Shown here: positions 24,714 to 34,777 of the stretch, in pieces
Numbering within the stretch: position 1 is the first letter of the stretch
Layout: each line of letters starts with the position of its first letter
Source: Anaerolineae bacterium
Lineage (GTDB): Bacteria; Chloroflexota; Anaerolineae; UBA7937; B3-Chlor
Length of the DNA: 37,351 nucleotides
Reading direction: 5' to 3'
Assembly (NCBI GenBank): GCA_035256725.1
Contig: DATEXS010000123.1
Location: forward strand, 1-37,351
The notes under the pieces: model-generated
Told to the model about the DNA's origin: nothing
Seen by the model: only the letters and a program-made list of their open reading frames with translations
Database searches by the model: none
Position numbers and translations under genes: made by a program

Positions 24714-25859
24714 GTGGCAGAGGGAGTTTTCAAGGGAGTCCTATCCGGCGACGAGCAGAGGCCCGAGAGTTTCGAGGAAGCCGCACTGGCTGTGGTCGCT
24801 CTGCAGGAGACGTTGACCTGCTTTGTGGAGTTGATGGTTTCGGCGACGGACGCCAGCGAGGGCTCGTTGATGCTGCTGCACGAGGGTCGCGAATTGCTGA
24901 CCATCACCTCCGCCCGCGGCCTAGGCAAGGAGATTGTGCAGGGAGCGCGGAGGCACCTGGGAGAAGGCATATCCGGGTGGGTGGCCAAGCACAAGGAGCC
25001 TTTGCTGCTGGTCGGACCCATCAAAGACGCGCGCTTCTCTGGCGTGGGCCGAGGAATCAAGGACGCTTTGTGTGTGCCCTTGCTGAGCAACGACGAAGTC
25101 ATAGGGGTCTTGTCGGTCAGCAACAAGAGGGGGAAGGGTAGCTTTGCTAAAGGGGACCTGCAGCGACTGGTGGAGCTCGCCAAGCCGGCTGCTCGCATGA
25201 TCGTTCTGACCCTGGTGCAGCGCGAGGCCGATGCAGAGAGTCGTGCCTGGGAACGGAAGCAACTGGCCCAGGAGATCCACGACGGACCGATGCAGGAGCT
25301 TTCCTCAGTCATCTTGCTTATGGAGTTATACAAGAGAGTCAGGCAAGACGATGCGGAGAGAGCTGAGCTGGAACTGGGCAAAGCAAAGGTGCAAGCCCTG
25401 GATTGTCTGCAAGGACTCCGTCATTTCGCATACGACATGCGGCTTATCGACCTGGAGAAGCTGAGCCTGCTGGATGAGTTGCGGCGGTACACTGTCGAGT
25501 TTGAGAAAAGGACGGGCATCTCCGTCCAACTGGCCGTGGATGGCCTCAGGAAGGAGATCCCGGTGGGGGTCAAGAAGAACCTCTATCGCATCGCGCAAGA
25601 GGCCCTCACAAATGTTAGACGCCACGCCAGGGCCAGCGAGGTGCACATCCGCCTGCACTGCACCAAGGATCAACTGGAGATGAGCGTGAAGGACAATGGC
25701 CGCGGTTTTGTCCTTCAGGATGCGCTGGAGCGGGCACAGTCGGAGAAGCGATTTGGGCTTCTGGGCATGCAGGAGCGTGCCTATCTGATGGGGGGTAGTC
25801 TGGAGACGGAGACAGGCCCCGGCGAAGGTACCACGCTGCGGGTCATCCTACCTCTGTGA
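24714..25859 (+). CDS. GAF domain sensor histidine kinase (HisKA_3 / NarL-partner type)
   Basis: GAF-like N-terminal half. H-box LAQEIHDGPMQEL. HATPase_c motifs EALTNVRRHA, DNGRGF, GLLGMQERAYLMGG. GTG 24714 lies 10 nt after GAGGAG, and TTG 24705 is an alternative start. No response regulator is adjacent. Confidence 0.85.
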   Translation: MAEGVFKGVLSGDEQRPESFEEAALAVVALQETLTCFVELMVSATDASEGSLMLLHEGRELLTITSARGLGKEIVQGARRHLGEGISGWVAKHKEPLLLVGPIKDARFSGVGRGIKDALCVPLLSNDEVIGVLSVSNKRGKGSFAKGDLQRLVELAKPAARMIVLTLVQREADAESRAWERKQLAQEIHDGPMQELSSVILLMELYKRVRQDDAERAELELGKAKVQALDCLQGLRHFAYDMRLIDLEKLSLLDELRRYTVEFEKRTGISVQLAVDGLRKEIPVGVKKNLYRIAQEALTNVRRHARASEVHIRLHCTKDQLEMSVKDNGRGFVLQDALERAQSEKRFGLLGMQERAYLMGGSLETETGPGEGTTLRVILPL

Positions 25860-25861
25860 GG

Positions 25862-25890
25862 TTGACTTTGGGCCGAACCCGAGGTATGAT
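25862..25890 (+). promoter_or_regulatory. sigma70-type promoter for tRNA-Gly
   Basis: TTGACT, a 17-nt spacer, then TATGAT, ending 15 nt before the tRNA 5' end. Confidence 0.55.
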
Positions 25891-25905
25891 GAGTGTGAAC
25901 CGTAT

Positions 25906-25981
25906 GCGGGTGTAACTCAGTTGGCAGAGTGTCTGCTTCCCAAGCAGAATGTCGTGGGTTCGAATCCCATCACCCGCTCCA
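25906..25981 (+). tRNA. tRNA-Gly: tRNA-Gly (anticodon CCC), CCA encoded
   Basis: Folded by hand: acceptor GCGGGTG/CACCCGC, D stem ACTC/GAGT, anticodon stem TCTGC/GCAGA with loop TTCCCAA, T stem GTGGG/CCCAT with loop TTCGAAT, discriminator T, then CCA. Confidence 0.93.
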
Positions 25982-25983
25982 GG

Positions 25984-26015
25984 AACAGGTCCCGGGCCAC
26001 AGCCTGGGACCTGTT
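25984..26015 (+). terminator. hairpin following the tRNA (weak terminator)
   Basis: 10-bp perfect stem AACAGGTCCC/GGGACCTGTT, followed only by GGTTTCC. Confidence 0.4.
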
Positions 26016-26185
26016 GGTTTCCTATGCACCGCTACAACCAGGAGACTGAAGCAAGGCTACGTGGCGCATCGATTTGCTGGATCCGACCTCAGAGGGACAA
26101 TCTCACGCGGGTGTGGGCAGCACGTATGTGGCACCAAGGGGTGCCAGGCGCTTGCGGGGCCCAAGGTGCTGGGGTCTGGAACTGC

Positions 26186-29100
26186 CTAACCCATCTCGAC
26201 CTGAACTTCGTGGGCCTTGCCGTCGCCCAGCAGGGGGATTTCCAGGCCAGGCAAGACGTCTCCGTCGAGCATCACGTTTTTCACTCCCTGGTTCACTCCC
26301 TGAGGATTCCGCACTGAGATTCGATATAGCGTCCCCCCATCCCTGTAGTTGATTCTGTAGCCTGGCCAGTCTCTCGGAATGCAGGGAGAGATCTGGAAGG
26401 ACGCGCCACTGCGCTGAAGCCCCAAAATCGCCTCCAGGCCGACTCTGTACATCCAGCTTGCGGAGCCGGTGTACCAGGTCCAGCCGCCATGGCCCTTGTG
26501 GGGAGCCACACTGTACACGTCTGCCGCGACCACATAAGGCTCGACCATGTAGCGAGCGACCTGCTCGGGGCTGGCAGCATGGTGGATCGGATTGAGCATC
26601 TCGAAGAGTCTTTGGGCACGGTCCCCCTGGCCCAGCTTGGCAAAGGCCCAAATCGCCCACAGGGCGCCGTGCGTGTACTGACCTCCGTTTTCGCGGACCC
26701 CTGGGGGATAGCCTCTTATGTAGCCCGGATCGTCCAGTGTCCTGTCGAAGGGCGGAGCGAAGAGCGTCATCAACTGGCTCTCGCTATCTACGAGGCGGGC
26801 GGCGACCGCCTCCATTGCCTGGCGGGCACGAGCGGGTTGGGCCCCGCCGGACAGGACGGCCCAGGCCTGGGCGATTGCGCTGATCTGGTACTCGGCGGCT
26901 TGGGACGTCCCTAGCGGCGTCCCATCGTCGTAATAGGCGCGCAGGTACCAATCTCCGTCCCATCCGCTGGTCTCCAAGGCCTGGCTCAACTGCTGTGCCT
27001 GGCTCAGGTAGGCGGAGGCGCGTCTCTCGTCGCCTGCCCGCCGGCAAAGGGGAGCAAAGGCTGTCAAGGTGGCGTACAGAAACCAGCCGAGCCAGATGCT
27101 CTCCCCCCGACCGGCAATGCCTACCCGATTCAGCCCGTCATCCCAGTCCCCGGTGCCGATGAGCGGCAGCCCATGGCGGCCAGCAGTTGTTCCCTTTAGC
27201 AGGGCGCGATGGCAATGCTCGTAGAGCGTGTGGGCTGTGTCGGTACTCTCGTAGCTACCATATCTTTCCTGCTCCCCCGGCTCCAGGGGCTCGCCGTCGA
27301 GAAAAGGCAGCCTCTCCTCCAGGATAGCGATGTCTCCGGTTGTGGTTACGTAGTGTGCGGTGACGAAAGGAAGCCAGAGCAGATTATCTGAGATCCGCGT
27401 GCGAACGCCTTTCCCCGACGGCGGGTGCCACCAGTGCAGTACATCGCCGGCCTCGAACTGACGGCGGGCTGCCTCCAAGATATGGGCGCGAGCCAGCTCC
27501 GGCGCGGCAAGCACCAGGGCCATCACGTTCTGCAACTGGTCCCGAAACCCGAAGGCGCCGCTCGACTGGTAGAGCGCGGAACGCGCCCACAAGTGACACG
27601 ACAGGGTTTGGTAAAGCAGCCAGCGATTCAGGAGCACGTTCATGGCCAGATCGGGCGTCTCCACGGTGACTGTGCCCAGCAGGTCGTCCCAGAAGCGGTG
27701 GGTAGCCTCCCAGGCGGCTTCCACCTCCGTCGGGTCCCGATAGCGCTTGGCCAGGCGGACGGCATCGGCGTGATCGCCGCCTTGCCCGAGCAGGAAGAAG
27801 ATGTCCTTGGCCTGGCCAGGGGCCAGGTCGATGTGCAGTTGAAGGGCTGCACAAGGATCGAGGCCGGCTTGTATAGCGCTGGCCAGCCCAACCCTGCCGA
27901 GGGCCTCCGGCCGGCTCAAGGTTCCCTGGCACCCCAGGAATTCCGCGCGGTCGGCGGTCAGGCCGTGCGGTGACTGGTTGGCCGCCACAAAGGCAACACG
28001 GCTTCCATACGGTTCGTTGTACGGGTTGCGGGCCAGAAGGGCCTGGCTCTCTTCGTCGTACTCTGGGATGATGTACTGGTGGGTTACTTCGTGGAATGTG
28101 CCGAGTACCCATTCGGCGTAGAAAGTCGCGGTGAGCCTGCGGTTCCGTTTCCAAAGGTTCTCCAGCCGCAAATGCGCTATCTTCACCGGTGCCTCCGGGG
28201 CCACAAAGAGGCGCAGGCGCTGTTGCAGGCCATGGCTGCGATGCTCAAAGACGGAATAGCCAGCCCCGTGCCGGATCAGGTAAGGCGACGGCGCACCAGC
28301 CGGCAGAGGAGTGGGCGACCACATGAGCCCCGTCTCCTCGTCCCGTAGATACAGCGCCTCGCCTGGGACATCGCCCACAGGATCGTTGCGCCACGGAGTA
28401 AGTCGGTTCTCACCGCTATTCTCTGACCAAGTGAAGCCACTGCCTGCTTCGGAGACCAGGAATCCAAAACTGGGATTGGCGACCACATTGACCCAGGGGG
28501 TCGGGGTCATTTGTGATGGTTCGAGATAGATGACGTATTCACGCCCGTCGGCCGTGAAGCCGCCCAGGCCATTGTCGAAGAGGAGGCCGGTGGGCCGGGG
28601 CAGCGGTGAAGTGGCCTCCACGTCCTCGGGTTTGGGCAGGGTCGGGAAAAGCGGCGGCAGACGCGAAGGCTTGGTGGGCACCTCCTTGAGTTGCTGAGAC
28701 AACGAGCCCTTCTCGCCGTCTAGGGTCACTCGAGCCGCAGTCTCTATTAGCACCAAATCCTGTTGGCTCATCTGCTCAGCAAAGAGGATAAAGATCCCAC
28801 CACGCTGGTTCAGGGAGCTGTCCTGACCCAGGGTGGTGATTAGCGAGCGTAACTGCCCGTGCAGTGGTTGGTCGTAACCCGAGTCTTTCTGGTTCAAGAT
28901 CACTAGATCTATGTCGATCTGCTGCCTGCGCCAGTAGGCATGAGCCCGGAGCACTTCTCGGACCAGAGCCAGCCCACCCTCGCTCTCCAGGCGCAGGAGC
29001 AAGATGGGATGGTCGCCGGAGATCGCGTAGGGCCACAGGGCAGTCTGACCTTTGGTGTTAGCCGCGAGGAGCGCCGGGTCGGCGCGCAAAGCAGCGTGAG

Positions 29101-32100
29101 GGTACAAGAGGGCGGAGAGCAACTGTTCGAAGCGTTCCAGGTGTTCTGGCATCAAGTCCAAATGGCGTAGCTCCTGTTCGCTCTGAGATTGAGCCTGGTC
29201 GAAGGCCAACTCGAGGCGTGACCAATCCTGGTAGCGCTCGATCAGGGCTATCGCGTCCTCTCGGGACCTCGCGGCCAAGGTGAGATAGGCGACCTCACCC
29301 CTGCCGTACTCGGCCAGCTCCATCTCCAGCCCTAGGGAGAATATGGGATCCAAGGTCGCACCAGTGGTGCCCGAAGGCGCGTACTCGCTCTGAGGAGGGA
29401 CTACGGCATCGCGCGGGGTCCGGCCTCTTCCCAGGAAGCGGCGGCGATCGCTCTCGTGAGTGGTAGCGGTGGTCTGTCCCGTTCTCGCTAGCGCCACATG
29501 GGCGAGGTAGATGGACTCTTCTTGGGGTGAACGCTGGCGGCGGCGAAACAGCAACGCATTCAAGTCTGGAAGGTACTCGCTCTCGATGAAGAGCTTGTTG
29601 AAGGCCGGATGGCCGCGGTCCTCCGCTTGCGGGGCCAATACTGGCTCGCCGTAGCTGGTGATGGCCAAGCGGCGGCGGCGGGCGCTGTGGTTGAACAGGG
29701 TGATGCGGCGTATCTCGACATCGTCACCAGGAGGGACGGTGATGTCCATCTCCGTGGCGATGTTACTATCCCGGCGCCGAAACTCGGCTCTGTGCGTGTA
29801 GAAAACGACCTCCTCATCCCGGGCCGGGGAACCGAGGGGTTGGCGGGTTGCCGACCAGAAGGCGCCACTATCCCTGTCCTGTATATACACCCACGTCCCC
29901 CACCCGTCTAGCGTTGCGTCGGCAGCCCAACGGGTCAGATCCAGGTCTTGCCAACGGCTGTAGCCGCTGCCAGTGCTCGAGAGGAGCACACGGTAGCGTC
30001 CATTGGAGATCAGATGCACCCGTGGTACTGGTCCACCGATTGGCGGCGACCATGGCCTGCTGGTGATCCGGTGTTCAACCTGCCGAACAGGTCGGATTGC
30101 CGGTGTAAGGAGGGATTCGCTGGGCTCCTGGCTGGGGATCTTCTCCTCCAGCAATAGCTCGACGCTCTGAATGCGCTGGTCGGCGTGGAACCGACGGATC
30201 ATCTCATCGCTATGCAGGTAGTTGGCCATGGCCAGCAGGCTCATGCCGTGGTGATGAGCGTAGTAGGAGCGGACGATAGCGCTGTTCTGGCCCTCGGGCA
30301 GTCTGGAGGGGGTGAAATCGATGGCTTCGTAGAACCCATAGAGACCGACCATCCCTAGCTTGGCGAATCGGGAGAGATTCCTTATCACCTCCCGGGGCTC
30401 CCGGGTGAGGGCGAGTAAGGAAGCGTAGGGTGCAATGACCAGATCTGCATCGAGACCACGCCTCAGCCCAAGCCCAGGCACACCGAACGGCCCGTACTGG
30501 TAGGCCATGTTCGCGTTCAGTGCATGGTAGGCAGACTCCGAGATGCCCCAGGGGACGCCTTTCTCCTTGCCATACGCTATCTGGCGAAGGATGGCTCCGT
30601 AGGCACTCTGCTGCAGAAAAGTACCGTCGTGGCTGCGCATCAGGAGCGCTGGCATGAGGTATTCGAACATGCTGCCGCCCCAGGAGAGCAGCACTTGCGC
30701 TCCATTGACCAGGGCGTAGGGGCGGGCAAGCTGAACCCAGTGGCTCTGGGGGATGTCGCCTTTGGCGATCGCTACCAGGCTGGCTATGCGCGCTTCGGAC
30801 GCAAGGAGATCATAGTAGTTGGGATCTGGTCTTCCTGCCGTGACATTGTATCCGATGCGCAACAGCCTGCGCTGCGGATGGTACAGGAAACCAAACTGCA
30901 TGGCCTGGAAGTAGACCTCTGCCTGCGAGCTTAGCTTGTCATAATCATCGAGCAGGTCCCTCGCAGCCTGCTGTGCGGAATCGAGGTGGGTCGCGAGCTG
31001 ATCGCACCACCCGTGGGCCTCTGTCAACGCGTCAGATGTGCCAACACCTCGGGCCAGCAATTCCTGGAGCTGGGAGAGTCGCCCGCGGGCTGCCTCACAC
31101 ACCTGGGGTATCTGATCAAGGCGCGGATTTCTGATCAGGCTGCGTTCCAAGGCCTGCCAGGCGCGGGCGGTCTCCGATTCGGTCCCGGAGTGCTCTAACA
31201 GGGCTGGTGCGTGTTCAAGAGCAGACAGCCAGGGCAGCAGCAGGTCGAGGTCGCGTCGAGCGTCGAGGAGGTAGTGGCGCGCGCGATGCACCCAGGTGCG
31301 CAGCCTGCGCCAGGCCTCGACATCCTGAGGCTCCGGTCCAGCCTCCAGCGCCTCTTGGAGCTGGCGTTCGAGGTCTGGCCACTCCTCGCTGTCTATCTTG
31401 GCTAGCAGAGCTGGCCAGCTCTCCGGCGCATTCTTGGCGGCCAGTATTTGGCGAAGGATGTGATCCAGTCGGTCGCGGCACTGGGCCATGGCTGGGGCGC
31501 AGGGGGCTCCCGCTATGCTTTCCAAGCTATCGCCCAGAGCGGCCAAGGCGTCGCGCAGGCCCTCCCAGCGGTTCCAACGCAGGAAGGGAAGCCGAACTAT
31601 GGACAACAGCCCCTGGCTGAGAGCGATGAGGCAGGCAGCCAGGTTCCCGCTATCCACGGTGGAAACGTAACGCGGGGAGAGCGGGCCAAGTGTGTGCGTG
31701 TCATACCAGTTGAGAAAATGGCCCCTGTGGCGAGGCAGTTTGGCCATGCTCTCAAACGCGTAGCCCAGCCGTCGGGCGAGATTCGTCGCGCCGACGTAGC
31801 CCAGGTCATAGGCCGCCAGAGTGGACAGCAGCATTAGGCCCAGGTTTGTAGGCGAGGTCCGGTGGGCCACCAGTCCGCGGGGGTCTTCCTGGAAGTGGTC
31901 CGGCGGCAGCCAGTTGTCATCTGGCCCCACAAATACCTCGAAGTAGTGCCAGGTGAGGAGCGCCAAGCGGCGCAAATCTTGGCGCTGATGGGCGGAAAGC
32001 GGGTGCTCTACCCGCACGATCGGGTGACTAGTCCACTGTGCGATTGCTGGGGACGCGAGCCACGCGATCACCAGCGGAGCGGCCACGACAAGGGCCGTGG

Positions 32101-34753
32101 GCCTGGTCAAGGCGACCAGGAGAATGGCTATGGCGGCAAAGACTGGAGCGCCATACATCTCTCTCCAGACTATGCTGACTTTACGTTCCCTGCCGAGGAA
32201 GGGGATGGTATGAGCGGAAGTAATCCACTGTAGCAGGTGTCGCTGGGTCACCGTCACGCGGACAAGGGTGGAGAGGATGGCATCCACGGCCAGTTCTGCG
32301 GTGTAGGGCAGAAAGGAGAGCTGAAGGAGCCAGCGGGCTGCGTCTTGTCGAATAATCTGTATGCTGCGGCGCACCGATGTGGGCGGCACTCTCCGAGCTA
32401 GTTCGGTGACCGTGGCGGTAAACAGCTCCGAAGCTGACATGGCCACCGCCACCATGGTCCAGGCCAGCGCAGAGCCTGGCAGCCACAACCAGGCAGAAAG
32501 CAGTAGGGCGATCAGCGCTGGGGAGCGTAGACTGCGCCGCATGTTATCCAGGATGAGCCACCGGTCGAGAGCGGAGAGGTAGTTGGGCACCCCCTCTCCG
32601 CTTGCCGTGGGTGCCTGGGGCAGCAGCCAGGGGAGCAATTGCCAATCTCCGCGCATCCAACGGTGCGATCGGTGTGCATAGGACAGATAGTCGGGCGGAT
32701 AGTCCTCGAGGAGAGTGATGTCTGTGACTAGCCCAGCGCGACCAAGTATACCCTCCAACAGGTCATGGCTGAGGATGGTATTCTCGGGCACTCGCCCGGC
32801 CACGCTGCGTTGGAAGGCATCCACATCGTAGATGCCCTTTCCTACATAGATGCCTTCGCCGAAAAGATCTTGGTACACATCGGATTGCGCGCGCGTGTAC
32901 AGATCCACACCCGCATCTCCTGCAAACAGCCGCGCAAAGAGGGAGCGGTTGGCGCTGACGGGGCTAATCTGCACTCTTGGCTGGAGTATGGTATAGCCGC
33001 TGACGACAGTGTTGCTCTGTGTATCGAACTCGGCCTGGTTCAAGGGATGGTTCAGCGCACCGACGAGCTTCACCGCAGCGTCCCTGGGGAGCGAGGTATC
33101 CTCATCCAACGTAATTACGTATCTGACTCCGGAGAGCACCGCCAGTTCTCCCTCTTGCGCTACATAGCCCGTTGGAGAGGCGCCTCGAAGGAGGCGATTG
33201 AAATCCATGAGTTTGCCACGTTTGCGCTCCCAGCCCATCCAACACTCCTCGCGGCTATTCCACCTGCGCTCACGATGGAACAAGTAGAACGGGCCAGCGG
33301 AATCCGCTGAGTACTTTCTGTTCAGTTCTTGAATACCGGCCGTGGCGCGCTCAACTAGCGCATCGTCACCCGGCATATGCTGATGGGGGGCATCGGCGAA
33401 ATCGGTAAGCAGGGCGAAGTACAGGTGAGGGTCCTGGTTGCCGAGGTAGTGAAGCTCAAGCTGCTGCAACAGGCTCTCCACATCACTGGTGCCGCTGAGC
33501 AGGGCGGGGACAACGACCATAGTGCGGCAATCGGCGGGAAGTCCGCGCTCGAAACCCAGCTTGGGCAAGAAACGGGGCGGCAACCAGTGGGTCAAGACCC
33601 AGTTGATGAGGTTGACGGCCACCATCAGCGAGGGGAGCGCCAGCAGGACCCCGGTGCTTATTACCAGGGATGCAGAACCGCCGGAGTAGCGCGCGTATCC
33701 GGCCAGAGCCGCCATCAACAGCAGGGTAAACAGCGCTATACAACTCAGGTATACCGGCGTGGGATGCCGCACCAGCCAGCGTCGCGGGCGGCTGCGCCAG
33801 GGGGCGCGGTAGCCCAGGTCTAGCTCGAGTTCTAGGCGACCAGCGTCCAAGAGGTAGAAACCGACGTGATGGGTACGCGGTGAGGTTGTCTTGTTTGATC
33901 GTGCCTCTTGCGACAACCGGATGGCTTCCCGTGCCACCTCCTCTTCACTCCGTCGAGCGCCCTTGGCCAGATCTTCGACTTCGTGGCGATAGCGGTCGCG
34001 GGTTTCGTAATCCATTCGGGAGTAGACCCTGGCCGGATCGCCGCGTAGCACCTGTTCCACCCAACTCACGCGCTCGAAGAAGGATTTCCAGTCCACACCC
34101 GCCACCATGCGCAGCCCAGCGATAGAGTTAGCGGTGGTGGTCCCAGTGGATAGATCTGTTGGCGAGCCCGTCGAGGGAGAGCCCATGAGCTGCTCGGCAC
34201 CGCTGATCTCTATTCCGGCGACGCGGCTGACGGCCTGCGCTAGTCTCTCCAGGATACTGAAGCGCAGCATAGTCGGCAGCGCCCAGAGCTCGCCGATGGT
34301 CAGCGGCGCGATGCTCTGATAGGCTTGAAGGAAGCGAGTCAGCCTGCCGAGGTCTAGTCGGCTGTCGGAGTGAGAGACGATAGTCGATGCCACTGCGTAT
34401 GCGCGGGCATAACCGGCGAGGGATGTTGTTTCGAGCTTGGGGAGCTGGCGGTAGTAGCTGTCCGGCATATCACTGCGGATATCGCGCACTGCTTGTTGCA
34501 CGAGGTAGTAATTGTCCAAAAGCCATTCGGCCCCGTAGGAGCTGGCTTTGGGGCCTTCGGAGGCAAAACGTTGGTGGGCCTGCTGGAGGAGGACCTCCAG
34601 GTCTGGAAGCCGCTCGAGAAGCATGGGACGGTGGGGTGGATGAACCGAGACCCCATGGCTCTCAGCCAAGGTAACCGCCAACTGTTGAAGGGGGCTCAAG
34701 GTAGCTGGGCGTGTCTCGCTGTCTGTGCTGACGCTCCGGGCGCCTGAGTTCAT
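26186..34753 (-). CDS. ndvB: cyclic beta-1,2-glucan synthase (NdvB/ChvB/Cgs type; GT domain + GH94-like phosphorylase domain)
   Basis: 2855 aa, the size class of Cgs/NdvB. TM segments flank a glycosyltransferase region (MVVVPALLSG, ITLDEDT, HRWMRGDWQ). The C-terminal third has GH94/cellobiose-phosphorylase-like blocks (GGFTADGREYVI, RENGGQYTHGALW). Confidence 0.88.
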   Translation of the reverse strand: MNSGARSVSTDSETRPATLSPLQQLAVTLAESHGVSVHPPHRPMLLERLPDLEVLLQQAHQRFASEGPKASSYGAEWLLDNYYLVQQAVRDIRSDMPDSYYRQLPKLETTSLAGYARAYAVASTIVSHSDSRLDLGRLTRFLQAYQSIAPLTIGELWALPTMLRFSILERLAQAVSRVAGIEISGAEQLMGSPSTGSPTDLSTGTTTANSIAGLRMVAGVDWKSFFERVSWVEQVLRGDPARVYSRMDYETRDRYRHEVEDLAKGARRSEEEVAREAIRLSQEARSNKTTSPRTHHVGFYLLDAGRLELELDLGYRAPWRSRPRRWLVRHPTPVYLSCIALFTLLLMAALAGYARYSGGSASLVISTGVLLALPSLMVAVNLINWVLTHWLPPRFLPKLGFERGLPADCRTMVVVPALLSGTSDVESLLQQLELHYLGNQDPHLYFALLTDFADAPHQHMPGDDALVERATAGIQELNRKYSADSAGPFYLFHRERRWNSREECWMGWERKRGKLMDFNRLLRGASPTGYVAQEGELAVLSGVRYVITLDEDTSLPRDAAVKLVGALNHPLNQAEFDTQSNTVVSGYTILQPRVQISPVSANRSLFARLFAGDAGVDLYTRAQSDVYQDLFGEGIYVGKGIYDVDAFQRSVAGRVPENTILSHDLLEGILGRAGLVTDITLLEDYPPDYLSYAHRSHRWMRGDWQLLPWLLPQAPTASGEGVPNYLSALDRWLILDNMRRSLRSPALIALLLSAWLWLPGSALAWTMVAVAMSASELFTATVTELARRVPPTSVRRSIQIIRQDAARWLLQLSFLPYTAELAVDAILSTLVRVTVTQRHLLQWITSAHTIPFLGRERKVSIVWREMYGAPVFAAIAILLVALTRPTALVVAAPLVIAWLASPAIAQWTSHPIVRVEHPLSAHQRQDLRRLALLTWHYFEVFVGPDDNWLPPDHFQEDPRGLVAHRTSPTNLGLMLLSTLAAYDLGYVGATNLARRLGYAFESMAKLPRHRGHFLNWYDTHTLGPLSPRYVSTVDSGNLAACLIALSQGLLSIVRLPFLRWNRWEGLRDALAALGDSLESIAGAPCAPAMAQCRDRLDHILRQILAAKNAPESWPALLAKIDSEEWPDLERQLQEALEAGPEPQDVEAWRRLRTWVHRARHYLLDARRDLDLLLPWLSALEHAPALLEHSGTESETARAWQALERSLIRNPRLDQIPQVCEAARGRLSQLQELLARGVGTSDALTEAHGWCDQLATHLDSAQQAARDLLDDYDKLSSQAEVYFQAMQFGFLYHPQRRLLRIGYNVTAGRPDPNYYDLLASEARIASLVAIAKGDIPQSHWVQLARPYALVNGAQVLLSWGGSMFEYLMPALLMRSHDGTFLQQSAYGAILRQIAYGKEKGVPWGISESAYHALNANMAYQYGPFGVPGLGLRRGLDADLVIAPYASLLALTREPREVIRNLSRFAKLGMVGLYGFYEAIDFTPSRLPEGQNSAIVRSYYAHHHGMSLLAMANYLHSDEMIRRFHADQRIQSVELLLEEKIPSQEPSESLLTPAIRPVRQVEHRITSRPWSPPIGGPVPRVHLISNGRYRVLLSSTGSGYSRWQDLDLTRWAADATLDGWGTWVYIQDRDSGAFWSATRQPLGSPARDEEVVFYTHRAEFRRRDSNIATEMDITVPPGDDVEIRRITLFNHSARRRRLAITSYGEPVLAPQAEDRGHPAFNKLFIESEYLPDLNALLFRRRQRSPQEESIYLAHVALARTGQTTATTHESDRRRFLGRGRTPRDAVVPPQSEYAPSGTTGATLDPIFSLGLEMELAEYGRGEVAYLTLAARSREDAIALIERYQDWSRLELAFDQAQSQSEQELRHLDLMPEHLERFEQLLSALLYPHAALRADPALLAANTKGQTALWPYAISGDHPILLLRLESEGGLALVREVLRAHAYWRRQQIDIDLVILNQKDSGYDQPLHGQLRSLITTLGQDSSLNQRGGIFILFAEQMSQQDLVLIETAARVTLDGEKGSLSQQLKEVPTKPSRLPPLFPTLPKPEDVEATSPLPRPTGLLFDNGLGGFTADGREYVIYLEPSQMTPTPWVNVVANPSFGFLVSEAGSGFTWSENSGENRLTPWRNDPVGDVPGEALYLRDEETGLMWSPTPLPAGAPSPYLIRHGAGYSVFEHRSHGLQQRLRLFVAPEAPVKIAHLRLENLWKRNRRLTATFYAEWVLGTFHEVTHQYIIPEYDEESQALLARNPYNEPYGSRVAFVAANQSPHGLTADRAEFLGCQGTLSRPEALGRVGLASAIQAGLDPCAALQLHIDLAPGQAKDIFFLLGQGGDHADAVRLAKRYRDPTEVEAAWEATHRFWDDLLGTVTVETPDLAMNVLLNRWLLYQTLSCHLWARSALYQSSGAFGFRDQLQNVMALVLAAPELARAHILEAARRQFEAGDVLHWWHPPSGKGVRTRISDNLLWLPFVTAHYVTTTGDIAILEERLPFLDGEPLEPGEQERYGSYESTDTAHTLYEHCHRALLKGTTAGRHGLPLIGTGDWDDGLNRVGIAGRGESIWLGWFLYATLTAFAPLCRRAGDERRASAYLSQAQQLSQALETSGWDGDWYLRAYYDDGTPLGTSQAAEYQISAIAQAWAVLSGGAQPARARQAMEAVAARLVDSESQLMTLFAPPFDRTLDDPGYIRGYPPGVRENGGQYTHGALWAIWAFAKLGQGDRAQRLFEMLNPIHHAASPEQVARYMVEPYVVAADVYSVAPHKGHGGWTWYTGSASWMYRVGLEAILGLQRSGASFQISPCIPRDWPGYRINYRDGGTLYRISVRNPQGVNQGVKNVMLDGDVLPGLEIPLLGDGKAHEVQVEMG

Positions 34754-34777
34754 ACCGGACCGGCCTCCATGCCGTGC

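Noticed and set aside
24566-25381. 271-aa minus-strand ORF
   Set aside because: It is antisense to the histidine kinase and crosses its promoter. It has Ser/Thr/Pro-rich low-complexity translation.
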